This document shows, piece after piece, positions 25,901 to 39,000 of a DNA stretch of 64,000 nt. The notes under the pieces were generated by a model. That model was not told where the DNA came from, did no database searches, and saw nothing but the letters and a program-made list of their open reading frames with translations. The translations under genes and the position numbers were made by a program. Origin of the DNA: Eimeria praecox (taxonomy: Eukaryota); assembly GCA_963920595.1 (NCBI GenBank), contig OY986949.1, positions 310,001 to 374,000 of the forward strand, given 5' to 3'. Each line of letters starts with the position of its first letter. Position 1 is the first letter of the stretch.

Positions 25901-28397
25901 GTCTCATATCTGCATCCGCCGGAATGACGTGCGTGCCTGCTAGGCTCCCTGCCCACAGGAAAGCAAACGCGCAAACCACCCTGCGCCATTCACCAAACGT
26001 CATGATAAAGTATTGGGCACGCATCCAGCCACAGGCGCCACTCACACACGGCACTAAATATATGGGCATCGCTCATTTCGCACCGAACGCATGCAATACT
26101 GCATCTGGATACTGGATACATTCACATTTCGGAGAACAGACTGTTGCGCTTTGCATAGCCTCATCAACCAGGCAGTAAATGCGGCATAACCGCCTAAAGG
26201 CTAAGGAGCTCCTGTTCATCGAACGGTGCACGTAGGGGTCTTTCACGTTCGAAGCGTTCAACTTTTGAATTGCATGATTAGGCTATGCCTGTCGAGTATA
26301 TGGCCCGTGATGCAGAATTCTGGACGTCATTCCCAACAAATTTAAACATGACCCTCCAGATGAGGGCATAACCTGACTTCGACTTGACCAGAGGCGAAAA
26401 CCAACAGTGCGCAGCCAATCACGTGGTTAAACCCTCGTCTGCTCTGCACACAGCAGGTGGCCTCAAATTCTCAGCAACGCGCTTCAAAAAGGAACTGCCT
26501 CCACCCCGGCTGCCCCTTCAGGCGTCTCTTCCTTACATGAGCACGTTAAATTTGTGCTTGCGTGCATCAGGGAAACAGGTACGCCTCTCATGCCTTGAAG
26601 GACAGCGGGGCATTGTCCTGATAACGACGGAACCTGCGTTCACAACGCAATAGCTCGCAAACGACAGCCGCAGCTCCGTACAGCAAATATGTTGGCGTGC
26701 ATCTTTGCACTTCGCTACCAGCACCGCATGAATCGCTGGGTCCCCCTAAAGCGCAGGTAAGCAGCACAAGCAACCTCAACTTATCCTTGCACTCGTTTAT
26801 GCCAGCGCTCAGCGAAGAGAATAAGCAGCACGCACGTGTTTCCTTCACCTTTATGCCACCTCTGCTACTAAAGACAGAGGCGTCGCCTATGTACGCTCTC
26901 ATATGCACTCACTAGCTAGACGCCAAGCTACGCATTCACGTGCTGTACAAGTGAAAACTATCTTAACACCTTCTCCAACTTGGCAGTGCTCTATCTGGCT
27001 TCTCCCAACGAGAAAAATGTCATATGCCGCCTGCCCCAATGCCACCGACAACTGCATCCTTGAAGCCGCTTGCACCGCCATGGCTTTCTCAACTACTACA
27101 CATGTTAAATGGCTAAGCGAAAGCCTTTAATAGTACGTGCACCAGCTTCAAGTCCCACTGCAGCTTCACTTTAAGGATAGCAGAAGCCAGGTGTGCACAT
27201 GTTGCTCAACTGCTACCCATTATTCCCTAGCCATTTAAACAATCCAAGCACTCTATCCCGCCACATAAATCAAATATCTACATAACCGAAGTACCCCTCT
27301 ACCTCTTGCACCCATCTAGTTTACCTGGCGCTCACGCATGGGCCAGGGACACCAAAACGTAGTCCCCCCTCAACTAGGAAAGACTGGTGCAAGGCACCAG
27401 TCTTTTGGTTCACAACCACACTTTTTTGCGTCTTGGGGATAGGTTAAGTTCAAACCTCAAAGGTCTCTCCGCTGGCGTGGAAGTAGTGCGGTTCCCCCAA
27501 TGCAATACGCGCGTGTGTAACGTTCATACACACTCCGTTTCGAGCGCCCGAAACTACATGCATTAGATGCATTCCGAATGCAGTTCAGTCCGTAACGGGA
27601 TATGTTACAGATAGCGGCTAGGGGCCCTAGTGCCGCTGCCACGCCAACACAGCTTTCACCTTTCGTCCTGTGATTCGCCGATTCGCTGCGAGTCGAGGCG
27701 GAATATCAATAGGTGCACGCGTGGACCCGTACACATCCTTGCACGCATCTTTGCAGATTCCAGCGATCCTACGGAAGGGGAGTAAACATGGAATTTCCAA
27801 TCACCAATGCTGCAACGCACAGCGTTCGGCAAGTGTTAACCGTCGCATGCAGCCTAGGTACAAGCAGCCGAGCACTGTGGCCTCGTGGAAGGCAATTCCA
27901 TTCAAGCCAGCCAAATCACGTCTCTACCTCGAACCTATTTAGGAGTGGGGCAGTTTTCCTTGTGACGTAGCGGTGCCTCTATGCATGCAATTCCTGTCCT
28001 GTCATGTTTGTGATGCGCATTATTTTGGTTTGTCGTAATTCGGCTCGCTCCATAATAATGGTAATTGCATGCATTAGCTCTAGAGGTTTCGGCTACACTG
28101 CAGCGTTGCTGGAGCAAAGCAGTCCAGTCCACACTTACAACGTTGCGCTCTAGTAGCTTGTAGAGCCGCACCCGCGCAGCGCACACCTCGTGTCGCTTGT
28201 GGTGTGGCCAGAGGACGACGCAGGCAGGTCTGCCTGCCTGCGTAGAACTAAGCAGAACTAAGCACATCCACGTGAGTGCCTGCGCAGTACGTAATGGACG
28301 TGAGAGACTGCCACCAATTCATCCAGTATTGCTTCAGTGAAAACAGGCCATCAAATGCAAAGCCTTCTGCCTAAAAACGTCGAAGCAGCCGTACACC
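209..28397 (-). CDS. Second set of putative single-codon exons inside the duplicated left block (one gene, several paralogues or partly decayed copies; not resolvable)
   Basis: Examples: 209 CAA, 527 AGT, 882 GAG, 1206 GAG, 1423 CAG, 2391 CTG, 4823 GAA, 5151 AGT, 6169 CTA, 6479 AGC, 7664 AGT, 8155 AGA, 9731 CGA, 9994 AGC, 10727 CGA, 11050 AGT, 11499 AGA, 12980 CGA, 13246 ACC, 13443 AGT, 13902 GCA, 14325 CTA, 15614 ACC, 16408 CGA, 18921 GAG, 22329 TTG, 25377 GAG, 25720 AGG, 26913 CTA, 28395 GGT. AG and GT/GC are kept across diverged paralogous copies. Confidence 0.55.
4860..5650. repeat. Diverged repeat unit also found at about 7380-8130, 10780-11470, 13400-13870, 290-800 and 26080-26430
   Basis: Shared landmarks GGTTACTCGTCA..CCTTCAAGGCAACAA, GCCACTAGGCAT..CACTCTAAGCC and AGAGCCTGATCGGCCTGGC. 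Confidence 0.85.
5389..5468 (+). repeat. (CA)40 microsatellite
   Basis: Pure CA run read directly. Confidence 0.97.
7906..7965 (+). repeat. (CA)30 microsatellite
   Basis: Pure CA run at the position paralogous to 5389-5468. Confidence 0.97.
8076..9170. repeat. Duplicated segment, near-identical to about 11420-12550 (33-bp indel)
   Basis: Matching ORF-track entries at 8130/11474, 8381/11725 (11-aa indel) and 8657/12034/14398. Confidence 0.9.
12003..15690. repeat. Direct duplication of 12003-13322 at 14366-15690 (offset about 2364-2368)
   Basis: Near-identical ORF-track entries at 12243/14607, 12565/14929 and 12891/15259. Confidence 0.92.
16608..18895. repeat. Segmental duplication, near-identical to 23407-25694 (offset 6799)
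   Basis: Identical ORF-track entries at 17156/23955, 17587/24386, 17802/24601, 18373/25172, and direct sequence match. Confidence 0.95.
18690..21360. repeat. Tandem repeat with 550-bp period, about 5 copies
   Basis: CAATGCGTAC at 18911, 19461, 20011, 20561, 21111; the ORF track repeats at 18894/19444/19994/20544/21094. Confidence 0.95.
23407..25694. repeat. Segmental duplication, second copy of 16608-18895; diverged homology continues to about 26050
   Basis: Direct sequence identity at offset 6799. Confidence 0.95.
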
Positions 28398-29386
28398 CTG
28401 GTCCACGTAGCTGCAGCGCTTTGCACAGCAAGCAGATCGCGCGCCTACTACACGGGCGTCTACCTTCCGGATTGTTCGTTGCGGCGTTCATAAGGCAACA
28501 CCCCTCCATCTTTGCAAGCCCGTCCCGTGTCACCGTTTGGGTGCATCAAGTGTTTTAACGCAGTCACCCAGTTTTACACGCGCTCCACCATACTGGTAAA
28601 ACGTACCTTTAGCAAGGTAAAGTCCGCTTAAAGCGACCTCGCGCCTGCATTCACTGACAGCAACGATCATGGTCTCTGCTTGCTCTGGTGCATGCTTCAG
28701 GCCTGATCGACATCTTTGGCGCCTGCACAGACTGAATAAGCCAGTTGGCCCAGCAACCGTTTAAATCCCAGTGCAACGCACAGAGCAATTCATGGAGCGT
28801 TTATTCTACACTGCAGCTAACCACTCCACCCTAGCCAAACAGTGGCTAGGACTTCCCTGTGAATGGTCCTCTAAACGCCTGTTGACCGCTTCACTAGTTG
28901 TTGCAATTCCAGTCGTGATCGACTGCAGAACTATCGGCAGCTCGGGAAGTTTCTGATTTATATCTGCCCTCCTTTCAGATTCTCCTTCAGAAACCCAAAA
29001 ACCATTGCTTTTCCCCTACACGCGCAAGTGGCTGTCCAAGCTTTCCAAATAAGACCCTGCTCTAGAAGCTGCTATCGCTTGCTCCTGGTGCACTAATGCG
29101 AAGGGCTGGTGCCGGCCTAAAGCCCCCTTTGCTCGATAAGCGTCCAGCGAACTCGACGATGATCTGCGGAATCCTGCAGCTTGTTCAGAGTTAGAAGGAG
29201 CATGCAAGCAAACCTACAGTAGTGGAGAGCACACAGCGCTTGAACTGGCCTGCCGCTACGCACGGCCAGCTCGCCACCTGGCAACGGATTGGATAAACGC
29301 ATCGCTTGATGCTGAAGCGATGCTCGAATCCGACCCCTTGCCACCGCCGCACTCCTTGTGCGTAAGACGTTTCAGGGTCAGCTAGC

Positions 29387-29539
29387 TCAAGCGTTTGTTT
29401 CTGCAGCTATCGTTGCTGCGAGTGTTGGTACAGATGCATGTCGAGCGCGACCACTACTAACACGGAAGCTCCAACGTGTTGCAGACGGAAAGGCTTCCGT
29501 CGGCTCTCTGTTTCCCACGCAGTGGCTAGAGGGAAGCGA
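29387..29539 (-). CDS. Candidate conventional (possibly terminal) exon after the micro-exon array: SLPSSHCVGNREPTEAFPSATRWSFRVSSGRARHASVPTLAATIAAETNA*
   Basis: Strong pyrimidine-rich acceptor TTGTTTCTGCTTGTTTCTTGCTTTAG ending at 29540 on the minus strand, about 560 nt past the last 3-nt exon; phase-0 frame open for 50 codons to TGA at 29387-29389. No recognisable homology. Confidence 0.25.
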   Translation of the reverse strand, partial: SLPSSHCVGNREPTEAFPSATRWSFRVSSGRARHASVPTLAATIAAETNA

Positions 29540-30097
29540 CTAAAGCAAGAAACAAGCAGAAACAATCACAGGGGCGTGGTGAAGTTGAGGTAGCACAAGA
29601 AGCATTACGCCAGTATTTGCTGGCGCGTCGCACACTCAAACGCTTATGTTGCCTGCTAGAGCTCTACGTCCCCATCTCCTGGGGGGCGACGGTGCAGCGT
29701 CAGCCCTGGAAATTTCTTTGCAGCATTATGCACTCCCCGCCTCTAAAAGGCTTCCATCATTCCTATATTCACTAGTCCAGGATTCAACCAAATGAAAAGC
29801 GCATACTAAAAAAAGCGCAGTGCATATCGGAAGTATCAGCTCTTACTGAAAGAGCGTCTGCTACGCTCGCTTCATACGCGAAGAGCAAGCCGCACAGTGC
29901 ACCAAGACGCACATGAAATTCGCACATGCCATTTTGCAGAGCTCCTTTTCACAAAGCCAGCACTCTCAGACACTCTCTCCAGCATCTATCAGCTTTGACG
30001 CTCATGCAAGGCGTTGCTAGCCGTGCGCCGACGAACAATCACTCAGCCTTTTTCAACTGGCCGTCTAGCTCATTTCATTCGAGTACATCAAGCTTAC

Positions 30098-33000
30098 TGC
30101 CTGACCAGCACGAAGTCCCGCTTCCAGGTTTGCAGTACAGGTATATGAAGTAGATCACTTCATATTCATATTCGACGGGGCATGCAGCCTATACTTTGCT
30201 CTTACGCCCTTGTTCTCGCCCTAGGCCTATTAAATAGAGCGTACTGCCTGTTGCATGGCATCCCGTGAATTACACAGAAATCTTGTCTCCATTTCTGAAA
30301 TGTCAGTAGGCTACCTGTACTCAATTCCGATGCAAACAACTGAAAGACCCTCCATACGGCTGGGTGCAACAGACGGAGTGGCGGGGGGCTGCCATCAGGA
30401 CTCCCCTTAGAGCACTGGCATTTGCATGCGCTCGAACTTGATACCGCCTAAAATTCCTGCATACCAAGTCGGAAGCTCGCCCTATTTCTCTACGCCCTGT
30501 GTGTTGGCCACACGTACTAACTGTTGCACAGAAAACGCAAAACTCTACGCTGCTCTGCAGTTTGTCGTGTCTCCGAACAGCCTGTTAGGTTCTCATTAAG
30601 CTTACGTCCCCCAAAGTAAAGAATCATCTCAGTCACTTTCCCCTGTCTATTGGCTACAACCATCCGCACTGGCTGACGGAGGCGTGGGGAAGACTTTCCA
30701 GCCTTCCCAGCCATCCTCCGAGCCAAAGCAGACGCTCATGTTTGGAGCATGCAGCGTACTAGCTTATGCAAGAGGGTCGATTGTTCTTATTTTACATGCA
30801 TTCTATCCATTTCTTGCCGCTGCCTTGCATCCAGAATATTAATAGGCTGTGCATCGGTGAGACTGCTCATGAAAAAGATGTGTCTGAGATATGTGAAAAC
30901 ATCTCTGTCTATTCGTGGCCACTAATCACAAGGCGCTACTGAGCCCTCAATCTCGCTAGCGCAAAATGAGGAGGGAATCAGCTTTTGCTCGCATTCAAGG
31001 CCTTGCACGGGGAGTCAATATATAGTTTAAACGTACTGCCTATTGTATGAAATTTCCGCCTCGCGAAACAGCACAGTCTCATGCCTCAACCACGCTTTCC
31101 CAAATCCGTAAGCAGCATGCAGGAAATACTAATGTGCAATCTAAATATTTCAATTCAACAAAAAATGCCCAGAACAAGCAACAGCACGTCCTTACAGGAT
31201 CATCTTAAATTGATGCAAACGACACAATTCCTGCTCGAGTATTGGTAAGAGTTCAAACCTCCCAAGTACATCTGGGCTGCAGCTTAGATGAACAGTGCAC
31301 ACAGCTATATAGCTGACTAACGGATGTGACATACTTGCTTCAGTATGACGCATTCTCGAGCTTAGACCATCAGTGACACCTACTACACTCACCGTGTTGC
31401 AAAACCAACGTCACTTCCTCAACGCATCGAAATCTCCCTCCTTCAACGCTAGGCCCTCTTTAAATTTTCCAAGCTTCTTCTAAAGAGCAGCAAATCTCCC
31501 CAGTTGGCGTACCATACTGATTCTCTGCGGGCTCCTGGCCTCAGCTGCACCCTTTAACGCATGAGGCATTCGCATTAAAGCCATGCAGCACTTAGCGCCG
31601 GCTAGCAAGACTGCTTTGTTACACACTTGCTGTAACGAAGGCAATGTATCATCCCCCTAAAACGAGAATAATCTAGGTACGCTATCTCTGGTGGACGCTG
31701 CAGGGCATATTCATGGCACATCCCGCAACCCAATCTCTTATACGAGGGAAAGCCACAATGTACAGCAGCGGGTTAGAACTTCAGCTATTATTTCCACAGT
31801 CTCAATGCTCCTCATCGTAGTGATTAGTCGCACCATCTAGTATGTACCGCTGCTGAACCGCCATTATAGATTTTGGCATCTTGGCTATCAGCCGAATCGA
31901 AGCCTTGGGCTATCGCCTTGTCTGGCAGAAAACACAAAGGTCACTGCAAGACAACATTTCAGGGGGATATGGCGTTATAAGAAGGTAACAAACCAAAATT
32001 TTTGGGTTCACACGGTGCCTCTGTTGTATGTGCAGCACACAGTAAAGCGTGCGCTAGACGGCTTCCAACATTCGAGCTGCTGCTATAGTCAACGGCAAAA
32101 TTCTGGGATGCATGCCTCATAGGTCCTTCTTACCGCCTGATGCGTGCAATATACCTGCTATAACAAAGAATGCCTGGTCGTCGCTCTCAAGCATGCTCGC
32201 CTAATGCTTGATGCTCATAAATTTATGGCCCGTTTGGTTATTACTCCCCCAATCATGCATCAATCATGCGCTAGAAGTACAACCAACTACAAGAAGAGCG
32301 CTTCCGGCTAAAGCAATGCTCTAGCAGTGTAACCTGCATGAGCCTAAGCGTGCGTGAACCTGAAAACAGCCGTACGTCCTTTTTACACCATCGAATGACG
32401 GTTTACCCACCGTGGCTTGCCGGCAACCCAGCCGCGCTTCCCTCATGGATTTGACTGAAAGAGGCAATGCCAAGTATGGAGAGCAACATCTAGGCAACTG
32501 CTTGTTCCTCGAATTTCCACGTGATCAAGGGATTCTGATGTTAGCGTGAGGCAACTGAAGGGCACCCAGTCGGCCAGCTGCCTCATGCGCACTCTCTAAG
32601 TACCTTGCCACTATATCAAGCCTATTCTATACTGCACGGCACTAGTCCAATCCATTCGGTGAACTTTAGAGCAATATTCGAAGGGGCATGATGCTAGCTT
32701 CAATCATGTGGGGGGCGCTACAGCACTTCTTCCATATTTTGAGTGCTTTTAATGCATTCAACGCCTCCCAATTGATCTTCTGTTCCACGAGATTCATATC
32801 TTCCTCCATGATTCCAGAGTCCCAAGGCGTATTTGGCGGCTTACTGCCTGATGCACACAACCTCGGTAGTGTCCCCCCCTGCTTCGTAACCGTGGCGCCT
32901 TTGGTCGAACAGTTCGAATAGAACGGAAATGGAACTGTGCGGCGGCAAGGAGAAAAATCCTCAGACCAGCAGGGTTCTTGTTAAGGAGCTGAGCCGGCAG

Positions 33001-36000
33001 CGAACCACGTCGCGTCCAATCACAGTAAGACAATCCAGTTCAAATATACGTCCACTGAACGGCTCGTGCTCCCGCTGCAAAGAGCATGCTTTCAGAAATA
33101 TATATCCACTGAAATGCTTGTGTACAAGACCGGGGTTGGAATCATACTTTCTGGTAGGTCGCACTCCCGTCCCCCCCATGGCACATGGGCACGCCGGTTT
33201 CTCACCTGTTAGCCATTCCGCGACTGCTGAGCGCGCGAACAGATAGCATCTTGTGGCACCATTGACCGCTGAAAGATGCATCAGATTGTTATGGTCAAAA
33301 ATGCGCCGCGTGTTTGGCCATAACAATCTGATGCATCTTTCATCCTATTCGCATGCCAGAAACATGACAGGTTCTGAATGCTGAAGGCAGCTCTGCCGCA
33401 AAGCAAATAAAATGCTGCATATTTAAAGCATGCACGCGTGAAATACAACTTCGTCTAGAATTTACGCGTACCTCCTGATGCATGCCATTGCTGCGTTGCA
33501 ACGATCTGCAGTCCCTCTCTCTCCCTTTCGGAGCCACACAATTATTGTACAAAACAGGAAATTTATCAAATAATAAACGCAAATGCTGCCAGTAGCCATG
33601 CCATCTATGAAACATTGAATATTGAATTGTTGAGATGCCATGCTCACCCGCTGATATACCATAGGATTTTAGTTCTCTCGCCGCGTGCTGCAGTTCCAGA
33701 ATCAGCCTAAATGTTTCGGCCTGCGCGGATCCCACGAACAACAGCGACGCACAAAACTGCTAAATTGCCCCTCCGCCAGACGTTATGCTCGCTAAAAGTT
33801 TTTCAGGCCCATTCCTTCTGATGGACCACTGAGAACATCTGTTTTCTCAGCCAATTCAGCCGTCCACGGGCTATGCGGTTCACACATACCTCCTAATGTG
33901 CAGCACTCCCCTTATGGTGCATGCCCCACTGTCTGAGCGAGCTTTTGAAGAAGCCCACCTTACTGGATAGCGAAGCCGGTTCTCGTAAGCAGGCTGCCAC
34001 AATTCTGCTGAAATGAAAGGTCGCCTTGCGTTTCAGAAATGCTTCGGGATCTCTGTATATGCCCATTTAACAAACAAAAGGGTGTGGGCAAGCACCATGG
34101 AGATCGTCGCACCCTCTGATGCATTGCAAGCCTACTGAACCTCGATGTGCGCTCATCAATTCACATCAGCAACAGGATCATAGACCAGCGTACGTGTAAA
34201 CAAGAACCTTCAGTCGCACAACAGCGCTTTTGGAACAAGGGTACTGGCGTTACCTCTGCCAGCCGCATGCCAGTGTCCCTTTACTGACGTGGTGCGCCTC
34301 TGCAAACACATTTGGTGGTTGGATGCCTCGAATGCATTGCTGGAGAGCTTACCAGCTTATGCACACCGCTTTGCCTACTCCACAACGCACATTGTCTACG
34401 CACATTTCAGAGGCACATCCATGATGGATGCCCAGTTCACGCCCCCGGAACCTGAATTCGGTCCAAAACGACGTCACTCAGCCTATGCATTAAACAACAT
34501 GTTCGTCGCGATCGAGGACGGTACGCCCGCCTCCTGTGCGTGGTAGGATGCGTTGAGCTATGCAGCAGTAGCACCGATGGAATTCTTGTTCACGCCGTAC
34601 TGCCTGGTGCAAGAAGCGCTTGTACACTCATTGCACTCTTGTACCACAAGTCTTTCGAAGCACATCCCTAGTCAAAATTTACAAAACGCAGGAGAATAAT
34701 CCCGCAGGGGCAAACGGTGCGCTTGAGAAGGTCCGCCAAAGACGCTGCAAGCTGCAGCAATCATGCGCTTCATCTGAAAGGCCATAGGATCTTGACTGCT
34801 TGGAACATTCTCGCTTCGCAGGTCTTAAAGTCAGTCGTACTGCCTAATGCATGGCACTATTACTCGCACCTATTGAACTTCCCCCAGCATCATCTTCGCC
34901 TGCCACAGCAAGAAGGCAGTTTCTCACCGGCAGAGCCCAAGAATACTCAAAAGAAAAGTTGTGACTTAATTTACCACACGCTGTGTCACTCTCGCTTTGG
35001 CAGTATATACACTTACACAGTCCTATAGGGATAAGGGAGAGCACGACGTATTTTAAGCGGCATCACAGCATGTCGTGTGCGCCTTACCAACAGCCTGCGC
35101 TCACCTCCTGAGTCATCACAGTCCAGCTGTACCGCCGTGCGCGGTGACGTCTAGCCTTGAATTGCCTCGCAAGATGCCAACGCGGTTGCTACCGGTCAAT
35201 CACCACGAGCGAACCTGCACGCAAGGTTCGGCAACTCCTGGAAAACTAACAGCTTGCCTCTCAAGCATGCAGGAGGTCCGCTGACACTGAATGCCTGCGG
35301 GAAGCTTTATTAACTACCAACAAGGCGCGGCATGCAAGACGCCCGGCTGTGGCCTACTAGCTGATGTAAACCACCTTCTTGCTGTAGAGCCTTACATCAA
35401 CTCGCGATTTATTAGCCGTTGGCAACCCATATTATAAATGCGCCAGCGGCTACGTATCGCAGTCCAACCAGATTGGTGCTCGCCTGGAACATGCAGCATT
35501 ACCATTTTGGCATATGATGCCCTACCACTTTCCCTCTTGCACCCAGGGCACTCATTTGGGATGCTATCTGCCTACCGAAGCCTGTTTTAACACTAAGCGT
35601 CCTTGAAAATCAGTTCAGTTAGCAGCATACTGTCTGGTAAGCCACACCCCCTGCACCGGCACAGCACATCCACAGCTCATCCCCTTTGGCCACGCCAACC
35701 TTCCCCTCCAGCATCTGCTGGCAAGGTGTACCGAGAAACCATATGTGATAAAGAAGTGGCACAAGTGTCCTAAACGCAGTACCGCTCTGTGTGGCAAGCG
35801 CCTCACATTCAGACCCCAAAACAGTTAGGGAAAACGCACTACCTTGCTCATGCACGTGGTTGAGAGTCCGAGCGTACGCCCTGTGAACGATCACGAAGCA
35901 GCGCTCAAATGTAGCGCTTTAATCAAGCACGCCGGAAACTCACCCCATTGCCCGTTTCCATGCAACTACGAAACAGCGTACTGCCTAATGCATACAAAAC

Positions 36001-39000
36001 GCAGGGCATTCATTTGGACCTCTGCTATCCACCAACAACCTGCACCTTGGTAGTCAAACTACTATTAGGGAAGGCGAATTGTGTTGCCATCATAATGCTT
36101 GAGAAGTGAGGTGCTTGGAGTGCGGAACAGTACTTTCGCAATTAGCATCCCCTCCCTAAACGAAGTGCTGCAGCATTAGTACTTGGGCGTCTCAGCATTT
36201 ACAGTAAATTTAACAGCAACACCAGTGCAAGTGTTCTATATATCACGCGCACATCCTGGCCCACGAGGATACTGCACCACCATAAGTCAAGCCAGATCCT
36301 AGCATTCCACGCGCAGCTGCACAGAATACACTTGCTTTGAATACAAAAGGCGCGGTACTGCTTTTCATTAAGAGCTAGAATGCACGGAACATCTAGTTGA
36401 TGCAGCAATATTTCTTTCCAGAGCAACTACTCCACCTGTAGGCTAATAATGCCACTAGTCAACTGTGTCATATGTGCCATTTGAAGTTCCCCAAGACCAA
36501 CCTTCGCAGGCGCGGTCTAATGGCAACGCGCACTGCCTAATGCATTATAATGCGTTGGTGTCATTTCTATGCTACAGAATCAGCATAGCGGCCTGAAAGT
36601 AACGCACGCCCATTGCCGACACTACTCCTAAGCACTGCTGGGAAAAATTCGTTTACGCACTTCCAGTCTCTTCTGCCAGTCCTCTGAAACCTTTAGCTAT
36701 TCAGCGCACCAACTGCACCCAATTTTTATTTGCTTACTATGCTACTCACGTAAACATACTCTACATATTGAGCGTACTGCCTGGAGCACCGAGCCCATCA
36801 GCCGTATGCCCGTCGTGTGCGACGAATGTAGCTACTAGAAAAGGTGCAAGTGGCATGTTTGGACAAACTGAATGAAATGCTAGCATCCAATCGGCAGATA
36901 GCCAAACATCTGCCTGTGCTCGCTATACCCCGGCAATATCACGAGCCCATCAAGAACCTCATCCTGCTGAGTGCTTCACGGAAAACTGCTTATGCAAGGG
37001 GCTGACTAACGAGCGTACCGCCTACCACATGATTTCTCGATGCATGCAGGCTCTCTACATGCGTTTTTTAGACCATGGTCCCTGCAATCTCGTTAAGCGA
37101 GCACACTAGAGGTCAACCGTACTTGCTGGTGAATGCGATTCCCCTGGATGGTGCGTGCAAGGTGCTCAGAAGCCAGCCACGAAATGACACACTTCCAGCT
37201 AAGCCTCCACGGACCAAGCGTTTGAGAAACTAAGCAGCAACAGTACCTGGAGGGCTCGCGAGGTGTAAAATCGTTTTCCCCATGGAGGCATCCAGATGCT
37301 GGTTTACCGATGCAAGTACCTCTTACAGCACTCAATTATTAAACAGTCGTCGCGCCGGCATGTATCTAGTGTCCAAACGCACTGCCTGGTGCATAGCAGC
37401 ACAATGACACTAAATGCTCCGGTATCGAACACGCTTCCCCACGCATGCATGTGCGCTTGTAGAAGCGAAGGCTCATCTACTACTAAATGCAGGCGTATTT
37501 AAGCATTCCGATATGCTAGATAGCAATGATCAACACCTCAAACTACTGCAGTGCTTGAAGTGTTACGAAGCACAAATCATGGGCGTGACACGCGCACGCC
37601 AACGAAGTTCATGCGTGTTTCCCCAGTATGGGACGTATAGCAACCACTAAATTCGACAGTGAAATCAACCCTTATCAGCCATCGTCCGCAAATTGGCATA
37701 CACCTGCAGCACTTGTGATAACCAGATGCTGCACACATGACGGCTCACTCGACTACTGCCATGAGGCATTATAACAGAAGCTCCCCCCAGAAATCCCGGC
37801 GCCGCGTCGCGCTTTTAAATTTCTTCAATCACTTGAGTTTGCAACTCTCAGCGGCCCTTGCACTTAGCCTTACATCACCTCTTCAAAGCAATGATGTCCC
37901 TAAAACGTGCACCAGCTTCTTCAGCTCACAGCCACACAGAAGCATGTTCCGGGAACTGTCCAACGCACCCGCAAGATAACACAATAGCACGTAGTTGGCC
38001 ACTTACCCCTTACAAAATGCTCACGCAGATAGACTACGCTTCAAACGCACTGCCTGGTGATGCACGCCATTCCAGGGAAGGCGGCCACAGCTGGCCGCAC
38101 AAGGCATGCCATGGGCATGCAGAACCCCGCCTGCTTACCCACGCTTGCTTATACCACATGGCCCTGCTTCAGGAGGAGCAAAGTCTACCAGGCCACCTAC
38201 GTAGTGCGCTAATGGCGATTGTGCTTACTTCCTAGTTCAGATTGATATCCCAGAGGAAGTGGCTGCCTTGTGCTTTAACCGTACCCCTCAACCCACATCC
38301 CAGGTTCCCAATGGGCATGCTTCCGGTGCAACCGCGTACGGCCAAACAAAACAGTGCCACAAATGTGTAACTGCACCTTTCCTTGAACGGCACAGAGGCC
38401 GCGAGCCACAACCTCCTGGCCAGATCAAAGGCATTCTAGTACCCAGGAGCCTGTACAGCAGGCTTCGTCCATTTCGACGCGCAGCATAGGCGTACTCGCT
38501 GAGGCATGGCAATAGAGGTCCTGCAATCTATGCACAAGGCTTGTCTTTTCACAAACACATGTTTTGCCCTATGCATTAAAAGTGTGTGCAGTTTGAGCTG
38601 GATAATGTTCGATGATATACGACCACAAAATAACCCCAAATCCCTATAGACTTTATACACAGATAACCCTTCTATTTGGCATTCCGTCGAAGCGCCTGGC
38701 CAGAATTTGTTCCACCTTCAGCGATCCCCTAGTCGGCCATTTCATCTGTACCGTACATTCGGAACTTACCGCCTAGTCCATGCACTCCCGTAGTTTGAAT
38801 GAGCCTTCAACCTCGCATGCGATCCGCACTTCAGAAACAAACGAAATCAAGAATCGAAGCGTACCCTCTGAAGAATGCCTTTTATTTAGTTGCATGAGAC
38901 CATACGGCCCTTTTACTGACTGTGGCATGTCGCTCACACACATGTCGCTTACACAAGATGGACAAGATAACGCACATTCGTGAAATGTGAATCTCTTGTG

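Noticed and set aside
1..28400. Repeat block as a transposon/LTR element or an Eimeria-type SAG surface-antigen cluster
   Set aside because: I found no transposase, RT or integrase motifs, terminal inverted repeats or target-site duplications, and no exon-sized frames with a SAG-like cysteine pattern or GPI signal.
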